A stretch of DNA of 64,000 nucleotides from Deltaproteobacteria bacterium (GTDB lineage: Bacteria; Desulfobacterota_D; UBA1144; Nemesobacterales; CSP1-2), in the NCBI GenBank assembly GCA_052390235.1, contig JBQTHB010000005.1, positions 47,337-111,336 of the forward strand, given 5' to 3'. Each line of letters opens with the position of its first letter. The stretch's first letter is position 1. The notes beneath the pieces are model-generated. The model saw nothing but the letters and a program-made list of their open reading frames with translations, ran no database searches and was not told where the DNA came from. This document shows positions 18,538 to 29,508 of the stretch, piece by piece. A program made the position numbers and the translations under genes.

Positions 18538-18592
18538 TTTTGCACCCTTTTTTATGCGGCTTGAAATAATTTAAGTCAGCAACAATCTGCCA

Positions 18593-19579
18593 CTACCCTC
18601 CGGTTGGACGCTCCAAATGCCCTCCGAACTTATGCCGCATGGCTGAGAGCACCTTCTCGGCAAACGTGTGGTCTTGGCGAGAGCGGAAACGGGTGTAGAG
18701 AGAGGCGGTCAGCACATCCGCCGGCACGGCTTCTTCAATAGCCGCCATAATTGTCCAGCGCCCTTCGCCGGAGTCCTGCACGAACCCGCTGTAGTTCGAG
18801 AGATCCGGGTTTTCGATGAGGGCCATGGCGATGAGGTCGAGAAGCCACGAGCCTACGACGCTCCCACGGCGCCAAACCTCGGCTATGTCTCGGATGTTGA
18901 GGTCGTAGCGATGCTCCTCGGCGACTTCCTTTGAATTGGCGTTGCGGAATATATCTAACCCCTCGGCGTAAGCCTGCATAAGCCCGTATTCGATTCCGTT
19001 ATGCACCATTTTGACGAAATGCCCCGCGCCTGCAGGGCCGCAGTGCAGATACCCGTCCTCGGCAGTGCCGCCGGTTATCCCCTCGCGCCCAGGGGTACGG
19101 TCAACATCGCCCCTGCCGGGTGAGAGCGTACTAAATATCGGGTCGAGATGCGCTACGGCTTCATTCGAGCCGCCTATCATCATGCAGTACCCCCTCGTAA
19201 CCCCCCAAATACCCCCGCTCGTGCCTACGTCAACATAGTGAATCCCCTTGGGTTGCAGAATCTTCGCGCGGCGCACGTCGTCTTTAAACATCGAGTTGCC
19301 GCCGTCAATGATGATGTCTCCAGCCTCCATACGCTCGGCGAGAGCCATAACCGTCTGCTCCGTCGGGCCTCCTGCGGGAACCATAACCCATGCGGCGCGC
19401 GGTTTCGTCAATTTAGCCGTAAAATCATCGAGAGAGGTCGCCCCCTTTGCTCCTTCCTTTTCAAGTTGCTTTACGTTGTCCGGATTCATGTCGAATACCA
19501 CGCACTCATGTCCGCTGTGGATGAGCCTTCTGACCATATTGCCGCCCATACGTCCTAAGCCTATCATTCCAAGTTGCAT
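18593..19579 (-). CDS. gnd: 6-phosphogluconate dehydrogenase, decarboxylating (short YqeC type)
   Basis: [31 protein letters not shown]. Confidence 0.95.
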   Translation of the reverse strand: MQLGMIGLGRMGGNMVRRLIHSGHECVVFDMNPDNVKQLEKEGAKGATSLDDFTAKLTKPRAAWVMVPAGGPTEQTVMALAERMEAGDIIIDGGNSMFKDDVRRAKILQPKGIHYVDVGTSGGIWGVTRGYCMMIGGSNEAVAHLDPIFSTLSPGRGDVDRTPGREGITGGTAEDGYLHCGPAGAGHFVKMVHNGIEYGLMQAYAEGLDIFRNANSKEVAEEHRYDLNIRDIAEVWRRGSVVGSWLLDLIAMALIENPDLSNYSGFVQDSGEGRWTIMAAIEEAVPADVLTASLYTRFRSRQDHTFAEKVLSAMRHKFGGHLERPTGG

Positions 19580-19638
19580 TTCTGTATAACCTCCTTTTAT
19601 TGTCGTCGTTTAAGTAGTTTTTACTCTAAATCCCAAAA

Positions 19639-22500
19639 TTAAAGCGCTTTTTTAACCGCGTCTCTGAGGGCGGCGAGGCCCGCTTTTACGTCCCGCCCAA
19701 GATGCACTCTAAGGGCGCGCCGGTCGCGCTCGACAAGCACCTGAAAATCCCCTCTCGCCTGAGCCGCTTTTACCGTGCCAAAAGTGTATTTTTGACCCGG
19801 AACGGCTAAATCCTCAGCATCGTCGCAGGTAATCTGGAGGAACACCCCTGAATTGGGGCCCCCCTTATAAGCCTGTCCAGTCGAGTGGAGGAACCTGGGG
19901 CCGTAACCGAGGCAGGTCGCCGATCTCTTCGCGTCCCTGACGGCGTGGCGCATATCCTGCAGAATCTCCTGATGGGCATGGTTCATCTCGACATAAGCCG
20001 AGACGCAGAAATAATCCCCCGCCCCGATTCTGTCCAAATGGGCTTTAATGTAGGCGTCTAGTGTGTTGTTTCCTCCGGCGGCTTGGGCAAGAGCGGATGC
20101 GTTTTTATCGTCTGTGAAGAGTTTCATCTCGCCGTCTTCGAGTACCGGAGATTCCGCCGGAAGCGAGCCTGTCTTCTCATATTCGGATGTCAGCTTCTTT
20201 GTCGCAATCTTACTCGCCTCAACGTCGGGCTGATTAAACGCGTTGATGCCGATAATCGCTCCGGCGACGGCCGTGGCAATCTGCCAGCGGAACATCTCCT
20301 CTCCCAAATCGTAAATCTCGGATATTGAAATCCGCACCACCGGCTGTCCCGCGTTCTCAAGAGCCGAAATTGCCGCATCCTGCGCCGCGTCCGGGGCTGA
20401 ATCGAGCCGGAGATACGCAAAAAGGCGGTCATTCCCATAGACCGAAGGCTCGCTGAGCTTTTCCATATCCACCGGGATTAAGCCCTTTCCCACCTTGCCA
20501 GTTGATTCGGCTAGGAGTTGCTCCAGCCAAGCCCCTAAATCCCAGATTCCGGGCGAGGGGATTATCGTTACTTTGTCGCGCCCGTTATTGGCAAGCACTC
20601 CCATTATCGTTCCCAATACCACTCCGGGGTTATCGTCGGGAGGAACACACGAGGCGCAGCTATGAACCATCTCTTCGGCGCGGTCTAGGAATTTCTCCAC
20701 GTCCACACCCATTATCGCCGACGGCACCATGCCGAAATCCGACAGAGCCGAGTACCTACCCCCTATGCTCGACCACCCGAAAAATATCCTGCGGAATCCG
20801 TCCCCCTCGGCTACCTGCTGCATTTTCGAGCCGGGGTCGGTGATGGCGATAAACCTATTGCCGGCCTCTTCCGCCCCCACGACCTGCTTCACCCGCTCAA
20901 AGAAATACTGCTTGAAAATATTCGGCTCAAGCGTGCCGCCAGATTTCGATGAGACGATAAATATGGTGTTGGCGAGGTCAACCTTGCCCTCAAACGTTTT
21001 GACTTGAGCCGGGTCAGTGGAGTCCAGCACCTGAAGCTCAGGGTAGCCGTCAATCTTCCCGAACGTCATCTTCATCACTTCGGGGCAGAGGCTTGAGCCG
21101 CCCATCCCCAGCAGAAGCGCGTGGGAGAAGCCGGCATTTTTTATCTCTGCCCCTATGCCCTTTAGGTGTTCGATGTGCGCAAGCTGGTCGTCGGTAATTC
21201 CAAGCCACCCAAGCCAGCGATTCTCGTCGTCGTTTGTCCAGAGGGTTTTATCCCCCGCCCACAGACGCCGCACTTTGCCGTTCACCCGCCAGTCTTCGAG
21301 AGAGGCTTTGACGGCAGTGGCTAGGCTGTCGGGGAGTTTATAGGTGATGCGGTCGAGGTCTGCTCCGAGAAGGGATTTTCTCTTCTTCTCCACCGCGCTC
21401 AGGAGCTTATCAAATGCGTCGGCAAAGAGCTTTACGGCGTCGTCGAGGAGTTTATCCGTAACTTCCCCCATTGAAATCCCCACCTGCGCCAAGACGTCCA
21501 TGGCGTCGTAAGCCTCTTCTACATGCTCTTCGAGGCTGGCGCGCGGGCGGCCATGGTCGCGGAAGGCGTCATAAGTGGCTGAGGGGACGGTGTTTACAGT
21601 GTCCGCTCCCATGAGTTCCTCGACATAGATAACATCGCGGTAGTTGGGGTTTTTGGTGCTTGTGCTTGCCCAAAGAAGCCGCTGAGTCTGCGCCCCCTTG
21701 GCGGCAAGGGCTTTCCATCTGTCGGTTGAATAGATTTCCTTGTAGCGCTGATAAGTGAGCTTAGCGTTAGCTATGGCGATTTTTCCGAGAATGCTCCGCA
21801 GAAGCGCCCTCTCGCCAGCGGTTTTTGCCGACTTGAGCCTCGCCGTTATCAAGCCGTCAATTGCCGAGTCAATTCGGCTTATGAAAAAGCTCGCCACGCT
21901 TGCGATGCCGCTTGGGTCTCCTCCCCGCGCCACAAACGCCTCGATGCCTGAGATATAAGCCTCGGCGACCTGCTCGTAAGCCTCAAGCGAGAACAGAAGC
22001 GTAACGTTTACGTTAATCTCCTCGCTGATAAGCTGTTTTATCGCCGGCACCCCCGCCGCAGTCGCCGGCACTTTTATCATCACGTTGTCGCGCCCCACGG
22101 ACTGCCAGAGGCGATGCGCCTCATCGAGCGTCCCTTGAGTGTCGTTGGCAAGGTAAGGGGACACCTCAAAGCTCACGTAGCCGTCTCTTTTTTTTGTCTT
22201 CTCATAGACCTGATACATAACGTCGGCGGCGTCCTGAATATCGCCTATCGCGAGTTGCTCGTATAGGGTTTTAGCGTCCACATCGCGCTGACGCTCCAAC
22301 GCCCTAAGAGCGTTATTATAGTCCGCGCTTCCGGCTATCGCCTTTTCAAATATTGATGGATTCGAGGTAACTCCCAGCAAGCCGTCTTGCTTGATTAGCT
22401 GCTGCAGCTCGCCCGATATAATGAGACCGCGGCGTATGTTGTCATACCAGAGACTCTGCCCGTAATTTATCACTTCAAGCAGTGGATTTCCCATATTCAC
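19639..22500 (-). CDS. tal: Bifunctional transaldolase / phosphoglucose isomerase
   Basis: GVTSNPSIF, MIKVPAT and LWASTSTK in the Tal half; GMGGSS, SSKSG.T.E, GGRYS and QPDVE in the Pgi half. Confidence 0.93.
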   Translation of the reverse strand: MNMGNPLLEVINYGQSLWYDNIRRGLIISGELQQLIKQDGLLGVTSNPSIFEKAIAGSADYNNALRALERQRDVDAKTLYEQLAIGDIQDAADVMYQVYEKTKKRDGYVSFEVSPYLANDTQGTLDEAHRLWQSVGRDNVMIKVPATAAGVPAIKQLISEEINVNVTLLFSLEAYEQVAEAYISGIEAFVARGGDPSGIASVASFFISRIDSAIDGLITARLKSAKTAGERALLRSILGKIAIANAKLTYQRYKEIYSTDRWKALAAKGAQTQRLLWASTSTKNPNYRDVIYVEELMGADTVNTVPSATYDAFRDHGRPRASLEEHVEEAYDAMDVLAQVGISMGEVTDKLLDDAVKLFADAFDKLLSAVEKKRKSLLGADLDRITYKLPDSLATAVKASLEDWRVNGKVRRLWAGDKTLWTNDDENRWLGWLGITDDQLAHIEHLKGIGAEIKNAGFSHALLLGMGGSSLCPEVMKMTFGKIDGYPELQVLDSTDPAQVKTFEGKVDLANTIFIVSSKSGGTLEPNIFKQYFFERVKQVVGAEEAGNRFIAITDPGSKMQQVAEGDGFRRIFFGWSSIGGRYSALSDFGMVPSAIMGVDVEKFLDRAEEMVHSCASCVPPDDNPGVVLGTIMGVLANNGRDKVTIIPSPGIWDLGAWLEQLLAESTGKVGKGLIPVDMEKLSEPSVYGNDRLFAYLRLDSAPDAAQDAAISALENAGQPVVRISISEIYDLGEEMFRWQIATAVAGAIIGINAFNQPDVEASKIATKKLTSEYEKTGSLPAESPVLEDGEMKLFTDDKNASALAQAAGGNNTLDAYIKAHLDRIGAGDYFCVSAYVEMNHAHQEILQDMRHAVRDAKRSATCLGYGPRFLHSTGQAYKGGPNSGVFLQITCDDAEDLAVPGQKYTFGTVKAAQARGDFQVLVERDRRALRVHLGRDVKAGLAALRDAVKKAL

Positions 22501-22970
22501 TCACCTCTTAAGTATTTGTTTTCAATCGCTTTAACCTTATTAAGCCGCCTTGCGTGGCGCTCCTCGCCCGTGAACTCCGCCTCGGCGAAGGAGCGGACAA
22601 TCTCACGCGCCACCTCCTGCCCTACTATCCTCGCCCCCAAGCAAAGCACATTCATATCGTCGTGCTCAACCCCCTGATGCGCCGAATAGTGGTCGTGGCA
22701 GAGCCCCGCCCTGATGCCGGGGAATTTATTTGCCGCAACCGTAACCCCCACTCCACTCCCGCAGATAACGACTGCGCGCTCGGCTTCTCCCCGCCTAATC
22801 GCCTCGCAGGCGACTTCGGCAAAGTCGGGGTAGTCGTCGGGCTTGGCGGGGTCGTTCGTGCCGAGGTCGGACACCGTATGCCCAGCTTTTATTAAATCCT
22901 CAATTATGATGCTTTTAAGCGGATACCCCGCATGGTCGCCGGCAACTACTATTCGCATTATGTTTGACAC
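22497..22970 (-). CDS. rpiB: Ribose-5-phosphate isomerase B
   Basis: DHAG, CGSGVG, ANK, HDDMNVLCLG. Confidence 0.95.
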   Translation of the reverse strand: MSNIMRIVVAGDHAGYPLKSIIIEDLIKAGHTVSDLGTNDPAKPDDYPDFAEVACEAIRRGEAERAVVICGSGVGVTVAANKFPGIRAGLCHDHYSAHQGVEHDDMNVLCLGARIVGQEVAREIVRSFAEAEFTGEERHARRLNKVKAIENKYLRGE

Positions 22971-23058
22971 CTTCCAGTGAGAGAGTTTCCCAGCTCGGCA
23001 GCGCCATGCCCCCCATAATTCGCCGCCGCCTCAACGAAATGCCCATATCGGCATGAAA

Positions 23059-25083
23059 TCACTTTCCGAGCAAGGCCCTTGCCTTTTCTACGACGTTTTC
23101 AACGGTAAATCCGAATTTCTTAGCCAAAACCTCGTAAGGGGCAGAAGCCCCGAAACCCCACATCCCGATAAAATTCCTGTCGCTGACCGTGCCGAGGTAG
23201 CGGTCCCAGCCGAATGGGCCTGCCGCTTCTATCGCCAGACGGGCGGTTACGCTCGGAGGAAACACGGAGTCTCTATATTCCTGCGGCTGAGCCTCGAAAA
23301 ACTCCCAGCACGGAAAGCTCACGACGCGGGTTTTTATCCCCTCGGCGGCGAGTCTCTGCTGCGCGCTTATGGCAAATGTAAGCTCCCCCCCGTCCGAAAC
23401 AAGAATAATATCTGGAGCGCCCTCATGGGAATCCGAGAGGACATAAGCCCCCCTGCCTAGGTTCTCGGCAGATGCGTATTTAGTTTGGTCAAGCGTGGGG
23501 AGTTTCTGGCGGGAGAAGCAAAGCACCGTGGGTCCGTGTTTGCGCTTTATCGCCTCCCTCCAAGCCCAAGCGGTCTCGTTGCCGTCGGCTGGGCGGATGG
23601 TTACAACCTCCGGCATGGAGCGAAGCCACGCTAGATGCTCTACGGGCTGGTGCGTTGGGCCATCTTCGCCTAAGCCGATGCTGTCGTGGGTATAGACAAA
23701 AATGGCGCGCTGTTTCATAAGGGCGGCGAGACGCACTGTGGGAGACATATAGTTGAAAAATTGCAGGAACGTCGCGCAGTAGGGAATCACCCCTCCGTGA
23801 AGCGCCATACCGTTCACTGCCGCTCCCATGGCGTGTTCGCGCACTCCAAAATGGAGGTTATCTCCGGCGAAGCTGTGGAACTGAACGTCTCCGTGTCCGG
23901 TCATATAGGTCTTAGTCGAGGGCGCGAGATCCGCTGAACCTCCGATGAGATAGGACTTCATGTGCTTTGCGAGGGCGTTTATCACCCTGCCAGAGCAATC
24001 GCGAGTGGCCATTGCGCCGTCCTTTTCGGGGACAAACACCGGCACGTCGGCGTCCCAGTCCGAGGGAAGAGCGCCGCTCATTACGAGTTTATAACGCTCG
24101 GCAAGCTCAGGGTAGTCTCTCGAATAAGCCTCGAGCATAGAGTTCCAAGCCTCTTCTGTCTGCCTGCCGCGCTCGGCGGTCTCGCGGAAATGGGCAAGGG
24201 CCTCTTCGGGAGCGTAAAATGGCTGGTCTTCGGGGAAGCCGTAGTGCCGGCGAGTGGCCTTATAGTGTTCTTCGTTGAAAGGCTCGCCGTGAACCTTGGC
24301 GGTGTCCTGTTCGGGGCTTCCGTAGCCAATGTGTGTGCGGCAGATAATTATCGAGGGACTGCCGGACTCTGCCCTCGCCAAGTTTAAAGCCGCTTCGACG
24401 GCGGCGCGGTTATGCCCGTCTGAGACGGTCTGCACGTGCCATCCGTATGCGCGAAATCTGTCGGATACGGTCTCGGAAAATGCGGTGTCTTTTGTGCCGC
24501 CCTCGATGGAAATACGGTTGTCATCGTAGAGGAAAATCAGTTTCCCCAAGCCCAGATGCCCAGCTAAACTCGCCGCCTCAGCCGCTACGCCTTCCATGAG
24601 GTCTCCGTCGCCGCAGATGCCGTAGGTGTAGTGGTCAACTACGTTGTAGAGGGGTTTATTAAACACGGCGGCAAGGTGAGCCTCGGCAAGGGCAAAGCCC
24701 ACTGCGTTTGCAAATCCCTGCCCAAGGGGGCCGGTCGTGTTCTCGACTCCGGGAGTTTCCCCATATTCGGGATGTCCCGGGCATTTGCTTCCGAGCTGGC
24801 GGAAAGTCTTGAGGTCGTCCATCGAAACGTCGTACCCATAGAGATGGAGCAGGCTATAGAGAAGGGCGCAGGCGTGTCCGGGGGAGAGAATAAAACGGTC
24901 TCGGTTGTCCCATTTCGGATTGGCGGGATTGTGTTTCAGAAACCTATCCCACAGGACATAGGACATATCCGCCGCTCCCATCGGAGTGCCGGGGTGTCCA
25001 GATTTGGCTTTTTGAACACAGTCAACTGCAAGCATTCTCACGGTATTGACGCATAGCTGATGAAGGCTGTCCGAGTCCGGCAT
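23059..25083 (-). CDS. tkt: Transketolase
   Basis: [33 protein letters not shown]. Confidence 0.97.
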   Translation of the reverse strand: MPDSDSLHQLCVNTVRMLAVDCVQKAKSGHPGTPMGAADMSYVLWDRFLKHNPANPKWDNRDRFILSPGHACALLYSLLHLYGYDVSMDDLKTFRQLGSKCPGHPEYGETPGVENTTGPLGQGFANAVGFALAEAHLAAVFNKPLYNVVDHYTYGICGDGDLMEGVAAEAASLAGHLGLGKLIFLYDDNRISIEGGTKDTAFSETVSDRFRAYGWHVQTVSDGHNRAAVEAALNLARAESGSPSIIICRTHIGYGSPEQDTAKVHGEPFNEEHYKATRRHYGFPEDQPFYAPEEALAHFRETAERGRQTEEAWNSMLEAYSRDYPELAERYKLVMSGALPSDWDADVPVFVPEKDGAMATRDCSGRVINALAKHMKSYLIGGSADLAPSTKTYMTGHGDVQFHSFAGDNLHFGVREHAMGAAVNGMALHGGVIPYCATFLQFFNYMSPTVRLAALMKQRAIFVYTHDSIGLGEDGPTHQPVEHLAWLRSMPEVVTIRPADGNETAWAWREAIKRKHGPTVLCFSRQKLPTLDQTKYASAENLGRGAYVLSDSHEGAPDIILVSDGGELTFAISAQQRLAAEGIKTRVVSFPCWEFFEAQPQEYRDSVFPPSVTARLAIEAAGPFGWDRYLGTVSDRNFIGMWGFGASAPYEVLAKKFGFTVENVVEKARALLGK

Positions 25084-25130
25084 TGGGGTATCACCTCGCG
25101 AAGATTGGTATTTACGGCTGGCTGGTTTCT

Positions 25131-25160
25131 AAGCTAACATAAAGTGGAAATTATTGTCAA
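25131..25160 (-). promoter_or_regulatory. Sigma70-type promoter of the tkt superoperon
   Basis: TTGACA-N18-TAGCTT with TG extension on the minus strand. Confidence 0.55.
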
Positions 25161-25330
25161 GTGTTGAAAAATAAGGGGAATTCACTCTTGCAACGCGCGC
25201 GGGATAGGGGGATTTCGATATGGATTTATAAACCCTTAAAACTCCTAGCTATTTTAGTCGCCCGGGCCGCTATGGGAGTGAATTCGGCGATTTATAAGCA
25301 AATTTATCCCCCCCCCGAAGCGCATTTCAG

Positions 25331-25358
25331 TTGACAACCAGAGCGCTTTGTATAGGAT
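25331..25358 (+). promoter_or_regulatory. Sigma70-type promoter of def
   Basis: TTGACA-N16-TAGGAT, 8 nt before the ATG. Confidence 0.55.
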
Positions 25359-25366
25359 TTTCCCCC

Positions 25367-25900
25367 ATGGCGCTTCGCAAAATTGTGAGTTTCCCCGACC
25401 CGGTACTGAGAAAACGCTCCCTGCCGGTCAACAGCATAGATAATGAAATCCTCAGACTCCTCGATGATATGGCCGAGACCATGTACGCCGCTCCCGGAGT
25501 GGGGCTTGCCGCCCCTCAGGTAGGGGTAAATTTAAGGGTCTGCGTAATTGATGTATCCGAAAGGCAGGAAGAGGCGGCGGCGCTCGGACTCATCGAACTC
25601 ATTAACCCCGTCATCGTATCGTCGTCCGGTATGTTATACGAAGAAGAGGGGTGTCTCAGCATTCCGGGGTTTACGAGCGAGGTGAAGAGACGCGCAAGAG
25701 CGCTGGTGCGCGCGCGCAATCGCCTTGGAGAGACCATCGAGATAGAGGGCGGAGAACTACTCGCCCGCGCTCTTCAGCACGAGATAGACCACCTCGACGG
25801 GGTTTTATTTATAGACAGGCTAAGCAAGCTGAAAAGAGAGCTTATGAGGAAAAAAATCGAAAAAGTCCTTGGGAAAGAGGGAGGCTACGCCGCTTTTTGA
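25367..25900 (+). CDS. def: Peptide deformylase
   Basis: [24 protein letters not shown]. Confidence 0.96.
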   Translation: MALRKIVSFPDPVLRKRSLPVNSIDNEILRLLDDMAETMYAAPGVGLAAPQVGVNLRVCVIDVSERQEEAAALGLIELINPVIVSSSGMLYEEEGCLSIPGFTSEVKRRARALVRARNRLGETIEIEGGELLARALQHEIDHLDGVLFIDRLSKLKRELMRKKIEKVLGKEGGYAAF

Positions 25901-26079
25901 ACCTTCCCCGACCGAATGCACCTCGCGCAAACCCTGATTCTCTTAACCTGCCCGCTGTCGAGTCTGGCTCTAGTGGTTCTTAAGTTTATGTTCCAGCGTC
26001 TTCTGGTTTTATTATTGGCGTGGCTAACGTTATTACCGTACATGGGCTTTTTTCCGCACATTAAACATATTTGAGACAT
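25885..26079 (-). CDS. rpmB: 50S ribosomal protein L28
   Basis: Cxx[18 protein letters not shown], CxxC. Confidence 0.96.
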   Translation of the reverse strand: MSQICLMCGKKPMYGNNVSHANNKTRRRWNINLRTTRARLDSGQVKRIRVCARCIRSGKVQKAA

Positions 26080-26200
26080 AGCACTATATCCTCATAAATA
26101 AAAATTTGAAATCACTATACCCGCTAAGTTTCCCCATTTCAACACCAATCCAAAGGTTGATTTACGGCAATCATAGATTCAGCGCATTGGATTTTGGCCC

Positions 26201-26340
26201 GGCGTCGTAGCGGCGGCGCGATAAATCCCCTCTTTAGGAGAGGTTCGATAATCCTACTTGCGAGTTTATCGGAGGACTCATGGGAAATGGGCTTATCACG
26301 ATGAAAATTCGCTATAAATTCTCTCTACCCTGACGACGCC
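26201..26340 (+). ncRNA. Candidate rod-shaped structured RNA (possible 6S RNA)
   Basis: Closing stem GGCGTCGT/ACGACGCC, AT-rich central bulge, and terminal stem GATAATCC..GAGTTT/GGACTC..GGGCTTATC; 6S is absent from its usual zapA-ygfA site. Confidence 0.35.
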
Positions 26341-26409
26341 AGAAATTATTCACTTTGCAAAAATAAATGGTATTATTCCCGAACTTTTAAATTCGGCGGA
26401 TGCTCCCTG

Positions 26410-27288
26410 ATGACGTTTCAAGAACTAATCCTAGAGCTTCAGAGATTTTGGGCTAAAGAGGGCTGTGTGATACTTCAGCCCTACGACATAGAAAAGGGGG
26501 CGGGAACGTTCCATCCCGCTACTTTCCTGCGCTGTCTCGGGCCTGAGCCTTGGCGCGCCGCCTACGTTGAGCCATCTCGAAGACCCACCGACGGCAGATA
26601 CGGCGAAAACCCAAACCGCCTCCAGCGCTACTACCAGTTTCAGGTAATCCTAAAACCCTCGCCCTCGGACATTCAAACACTCTATCTGGCAAGCCTTGCG
26701 CGCCTCGGTATTGACCCCCTCAAGCACGACATCCGCTTCGTCGAGGACGACTGGGAATCCCCAACGCTCGGCGCATGGGGGCTCGGCTGGGAGGTATGGC
26801 TCGACGGCATGGAAATCACGCAATTTACCTACTTTCAGCAGGCGGGCGGAATTAACCTAAAGCCCGTGTCGGGGGAAATCACCTACGGCACGGAGAGAAT
26901 CGCGATGTACCTACAAGGGGTCGAGAGCGTCTATGACCTCCAGTGGACAAAGGGCGTAACCTACGGCGAGATTCACCGCCAAGATGAAATCGAGTTCTCA
27001 AAGTACAATTTTGAGGAGTCCAACGCCGAGATGCTACGGGATATGTTTGATAAATTCAAAGGCGAATGCGAGAGATTAATTGAGGTGAAGCTCCCGATAC
27101 CGGCTTACGATTATTGCCTCAAATGCTCGCACACATTTAACCTGCTCGACGCGCGCGGAGCGATAGGGGTCGCCGAGCGGGCAAGCTACATCGGGCGCGT
27201 GAGGATGCTCGCCAAAGCCTGCGCTGAGGGGTATCTCAGAGAAAGGGAGGAACTAGGGTTTCCGCTCCTCAAAAAAAGCCCTTGGTAA
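26410..27288 (+). CDS. glyQ: Glycine--tRNA ligase alpha subunit
   Basis: [42 protein letters not shown]. Confidence 0.98.
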   Translation: MTFQELILELQRFWAKEGCVILQPYDIEKGAGTFHPATFLRCLGPEPWRAAYVEPSRRPTDGRYGENPNRLQRYYQFQVILKPSPSDIQTLYLASLARLGIDPLKHDIRFVEDDWESPTLGAWGLGWEVWLDGMEITQFTYFQQAGGINLKPVSGEITYGTERIAMYLQGVESVYDLQWTKGVTYGEIHRQDEIEFSKYNFEESNAEMLRDMFDKFKGECERLIEVKLPIPAYDYCLKCSHTFNLLDARGAIGVAERASYIGRVRMLAKACAEGYLREREELGFPLLKKSPW

Positions 27289-27327
27289 TAGGGATTTAAA
27301 AATTCTCGGCGGCTCGAACTTAACACT

Positions 27328-29448
27328 ATGAACAGAGAACTGTTACTTGAAATAGGAACTGAGGAGATACCGGCGGGCTTTATTGACCCTGCGCTGGCCT
27401 CGCTCATGGAAATAGCCAAGAGGGAGTTTCGGGAAAATTCCATCTCCCACGGAGAGATCCGCGTATTCGGCGCTCCGAGAAGGCTCACCCTTCTCGCGCG
27501 GGACATCCCCGATAAGCAGAGAGACAGAACCGTGGAGGCGCTAGGGCCGCCCAAGCGTATAGCGTTTGATGCCGAGGGAGCGCCCACGAAAGCGGCTCTA
27601 GGATTTCTCAAGGCTCAGGGGGCGGAGCTTGGCGATTTAGTCGTGGTGAAGCACGAAAAAGGAGAGCTTCTCGCCGTGAGACGAGAAATCAAGGGGGCGA
27701 GAACGGCGGAAATTCTGCGCGAGCTTCTGCCGAAGATAATCCTCTCGATTCCCTTTAGGAAATCCATGAGATGGGCGGCAGGCGATGTGGCGTTTGCGAG
27801 GCCCATGAAGTGGATTCTCGCCCTCTTCGGAGGCAAAACCGTGCCGTTCGAGATAGAAGGGCTTGCGAGCGGCAACCGAACCGAGGGACACCGCTTTATG
27901 TCCCCAAAACCGAGGCGAGTTGCGAATTGGGAGGAGTACGCAGGGGAGCTTGAAAGGGGATTCGTCGTGCTTGACCAAGCCAGAAGGCGAAGGCTCATAG
28001 AAGAGGGAATTGAGGCGAAGGCGGCCGAGGGGGGAGGATTTGCGCTTGCCGACGGGGAGCTCGTCGCTACGGTTACTCATTTAGTAGAATATCCAGTCGC
28101 GCTAATGGGAAATTTCCACGAGGACTTTCTCAAATTGCCCAAAGAAGCCCTCGTTAGCGTGATGAAAAATCACCAGAAATACTTTCCCGTTCTCTCAAAC
28201 GACGGCTCCCTCCTCCCGCACTTTGTTTTCATCTGCGGCGCTCCGGTTGAAAACCCGCAAATCGTCATAAACGGTAACGAGCGGGTGATAAGGGCGAGAT
28301 TCACAGACGCAAAGTTCTTTTTCGAGGAGGACACAAAAACCCCGCTCGCCGAGAAAGCGCATAAACTGCGCGGCATGGTTTTTCTCTCTGAAATAGGCAC
28401 TTACCGAGACAAAACCGAGAGAATGGAATGTATCGCCGAATTCATAGGGCGGCGGCTCGGCTTCGGCGACGGCGAAATAGCCGATGTAAAGCGGGCGGCG
28501 GGGCTTTCCAAAGCAGACCTCGCCACTCAGATGGTGTTCGAGTTCCCAGAGCTTCAGGGGACCATGGGCAAATACTACGCCCGATGCTCTGGGGAATCGG
28601 AGGAAGTGGCGGCGGCTATTGAAGAGCAGTATATGCCGTCCTCGCGCGAGGGAAGGCTACCCAAAAGCGATTTTGGGGCGGCGCTCAGCATCACGGATAA
28701 AACCGACACCATCTGCGCCTGTTTCATATCCGGGCTCATTCCGACGGGAGCATCCGACCCCTACGCCCTTAGGCGCGGCGCAATAGGAATTATAAATATT
28801 CTCCTCGACCGGGAATACCGCCTGAATCTGCGCGAGGTTTTCGGCGCGGGGCTTAATCAAATCTGGACGCAGCTCCATAGGACGAAGCCCGATTTTCCCG
28901 CCCCCGGCAGGGACAAATCTCCCAATCCCCTGCTTGAGCAGATTGCAGATTTCATCATCGAGAGGTTTAAGAATATTCTCATCTCCGAGGGGTTTGCCCA
29001 GGACGTTATCGAAGCCGTAATCTCGGCCGAAGGGGACGAGGCAGGATGCGATTTGGTCGAATCCAAGAGGAAAATCCAGTCGCTCGGCGAATTTCGCGAG
29101 GCGGCGGATTTCACCCCTCTCGCTATGGCATTCAAGCGCGTGGTCAATATCGCCAAAGGGCAGACTAAGGCGCGGGTACGGCGGGAGCTATTCGCGGATA
29201 CGGTGGAGGGGGAACTTTACAAATCCTACACACGGGCGAAGGCGGCAGTGGAACAAAATATCGCGATGCGCAAATACCCGGAAGCCTTAGCCGAGATGAA
29301 AACCCTCAAAGATCCCGTGGACAGGTTCTTCGAGACCGTCCTTGTGATGGACAAGAACGAGGATATCCGGGAAAATCGCCTCTCGATGCTCCTTGAGATT
29401 CGGGATTTGTTCTTTAAAATCGCCGACTTCTCGAAAATAAGCGCGTAA
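27328..29448 (+). CDS. glyS: Glycine--tRNA ligase beta subunit
   Basis: LLEIGTEEIP, PRRL, EFPELQG, DPYALRR, NRL. Confidence 0.97.
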   Translation: MNRELLLEIGTEEIPAGFIDPALASLMEIAKREFRENSISHGEIRVFGAPRRLTLLARDIPDKQRDRTVEALGPPKRIAFDAEGAPTKAALGFLKAQGAELGDLVVVKHEKGELLAVRREIKGARTAEILRELLPKIILSIPFRKSMRWAAGDVAFARPMKWILALFGGKTVPFEIEGLASGNRTEGHRFMSPKPRRVANWEEYAGELERGFVVLDQARRRRLIEEGIEAKAAEGGGFALADGELVATVTHLVEYPVALMGNFHEDFLKLPKEALVSVMKNHQKYFPVLSNDGSLLPHFVFICGAPVENPQIVINGNERVIRARFTDAKFFFEEDTKTPLAEKAHKLRGMVFLSEIGTYRDKTERMECIAEFIGRRLGFGDGEIADVKRAAGLSKADLATQMVFEFPELQGTMGKYYARCSGESEEVAAAIEEQYMPSSREGRLPKSDFGAALSITDKTDTICACFISGLIPTGASDPYALRRGAIGIINILLDREYRLNLREVFGAGLNQIWTQLHRTKPDFPAPGRDKSPNPLLEQIADFIIERFKNILISEGFAQDVIEAVISAEGDEAGCDLVESKRKIQSLGEFREAADFTPLAMAFKRVVNIAKGQTKARVRRELFADTVEGELYKSYTRAKAAVEQNIAMRKYPEALAEMKTLKDPVDRFFETVLVMDKNEDIRENRLSMLLEIRDLFFKIADFSKISA

Positions 29449-29508
29449 TCACGCGACTCAATACACCCTAATTTATCACTGCATCCACAAAAGTAGCGTC
29501 CGAGCGCC

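Noticed and set aside
25201-25312. Imperfect long hairpin between tkt and def promoters
   Set aside because: Only short scattered pairings (GGGATA/TATCCC, TCGCC/GGCGA); not distinguishable from chance by eye.
26238-26256. tRNA T-loop-like GGTTCGA
   Set aside because: No cloverleaf or acceptor stem around it.
26341-26409. T-box riboswitch ahead of glyQS
   Set aside because: No T-box consensus (AGGTGG.ACC) or terminator; a promoter-like TTCACT-N16-TATTAT lies just upstream of the gene.
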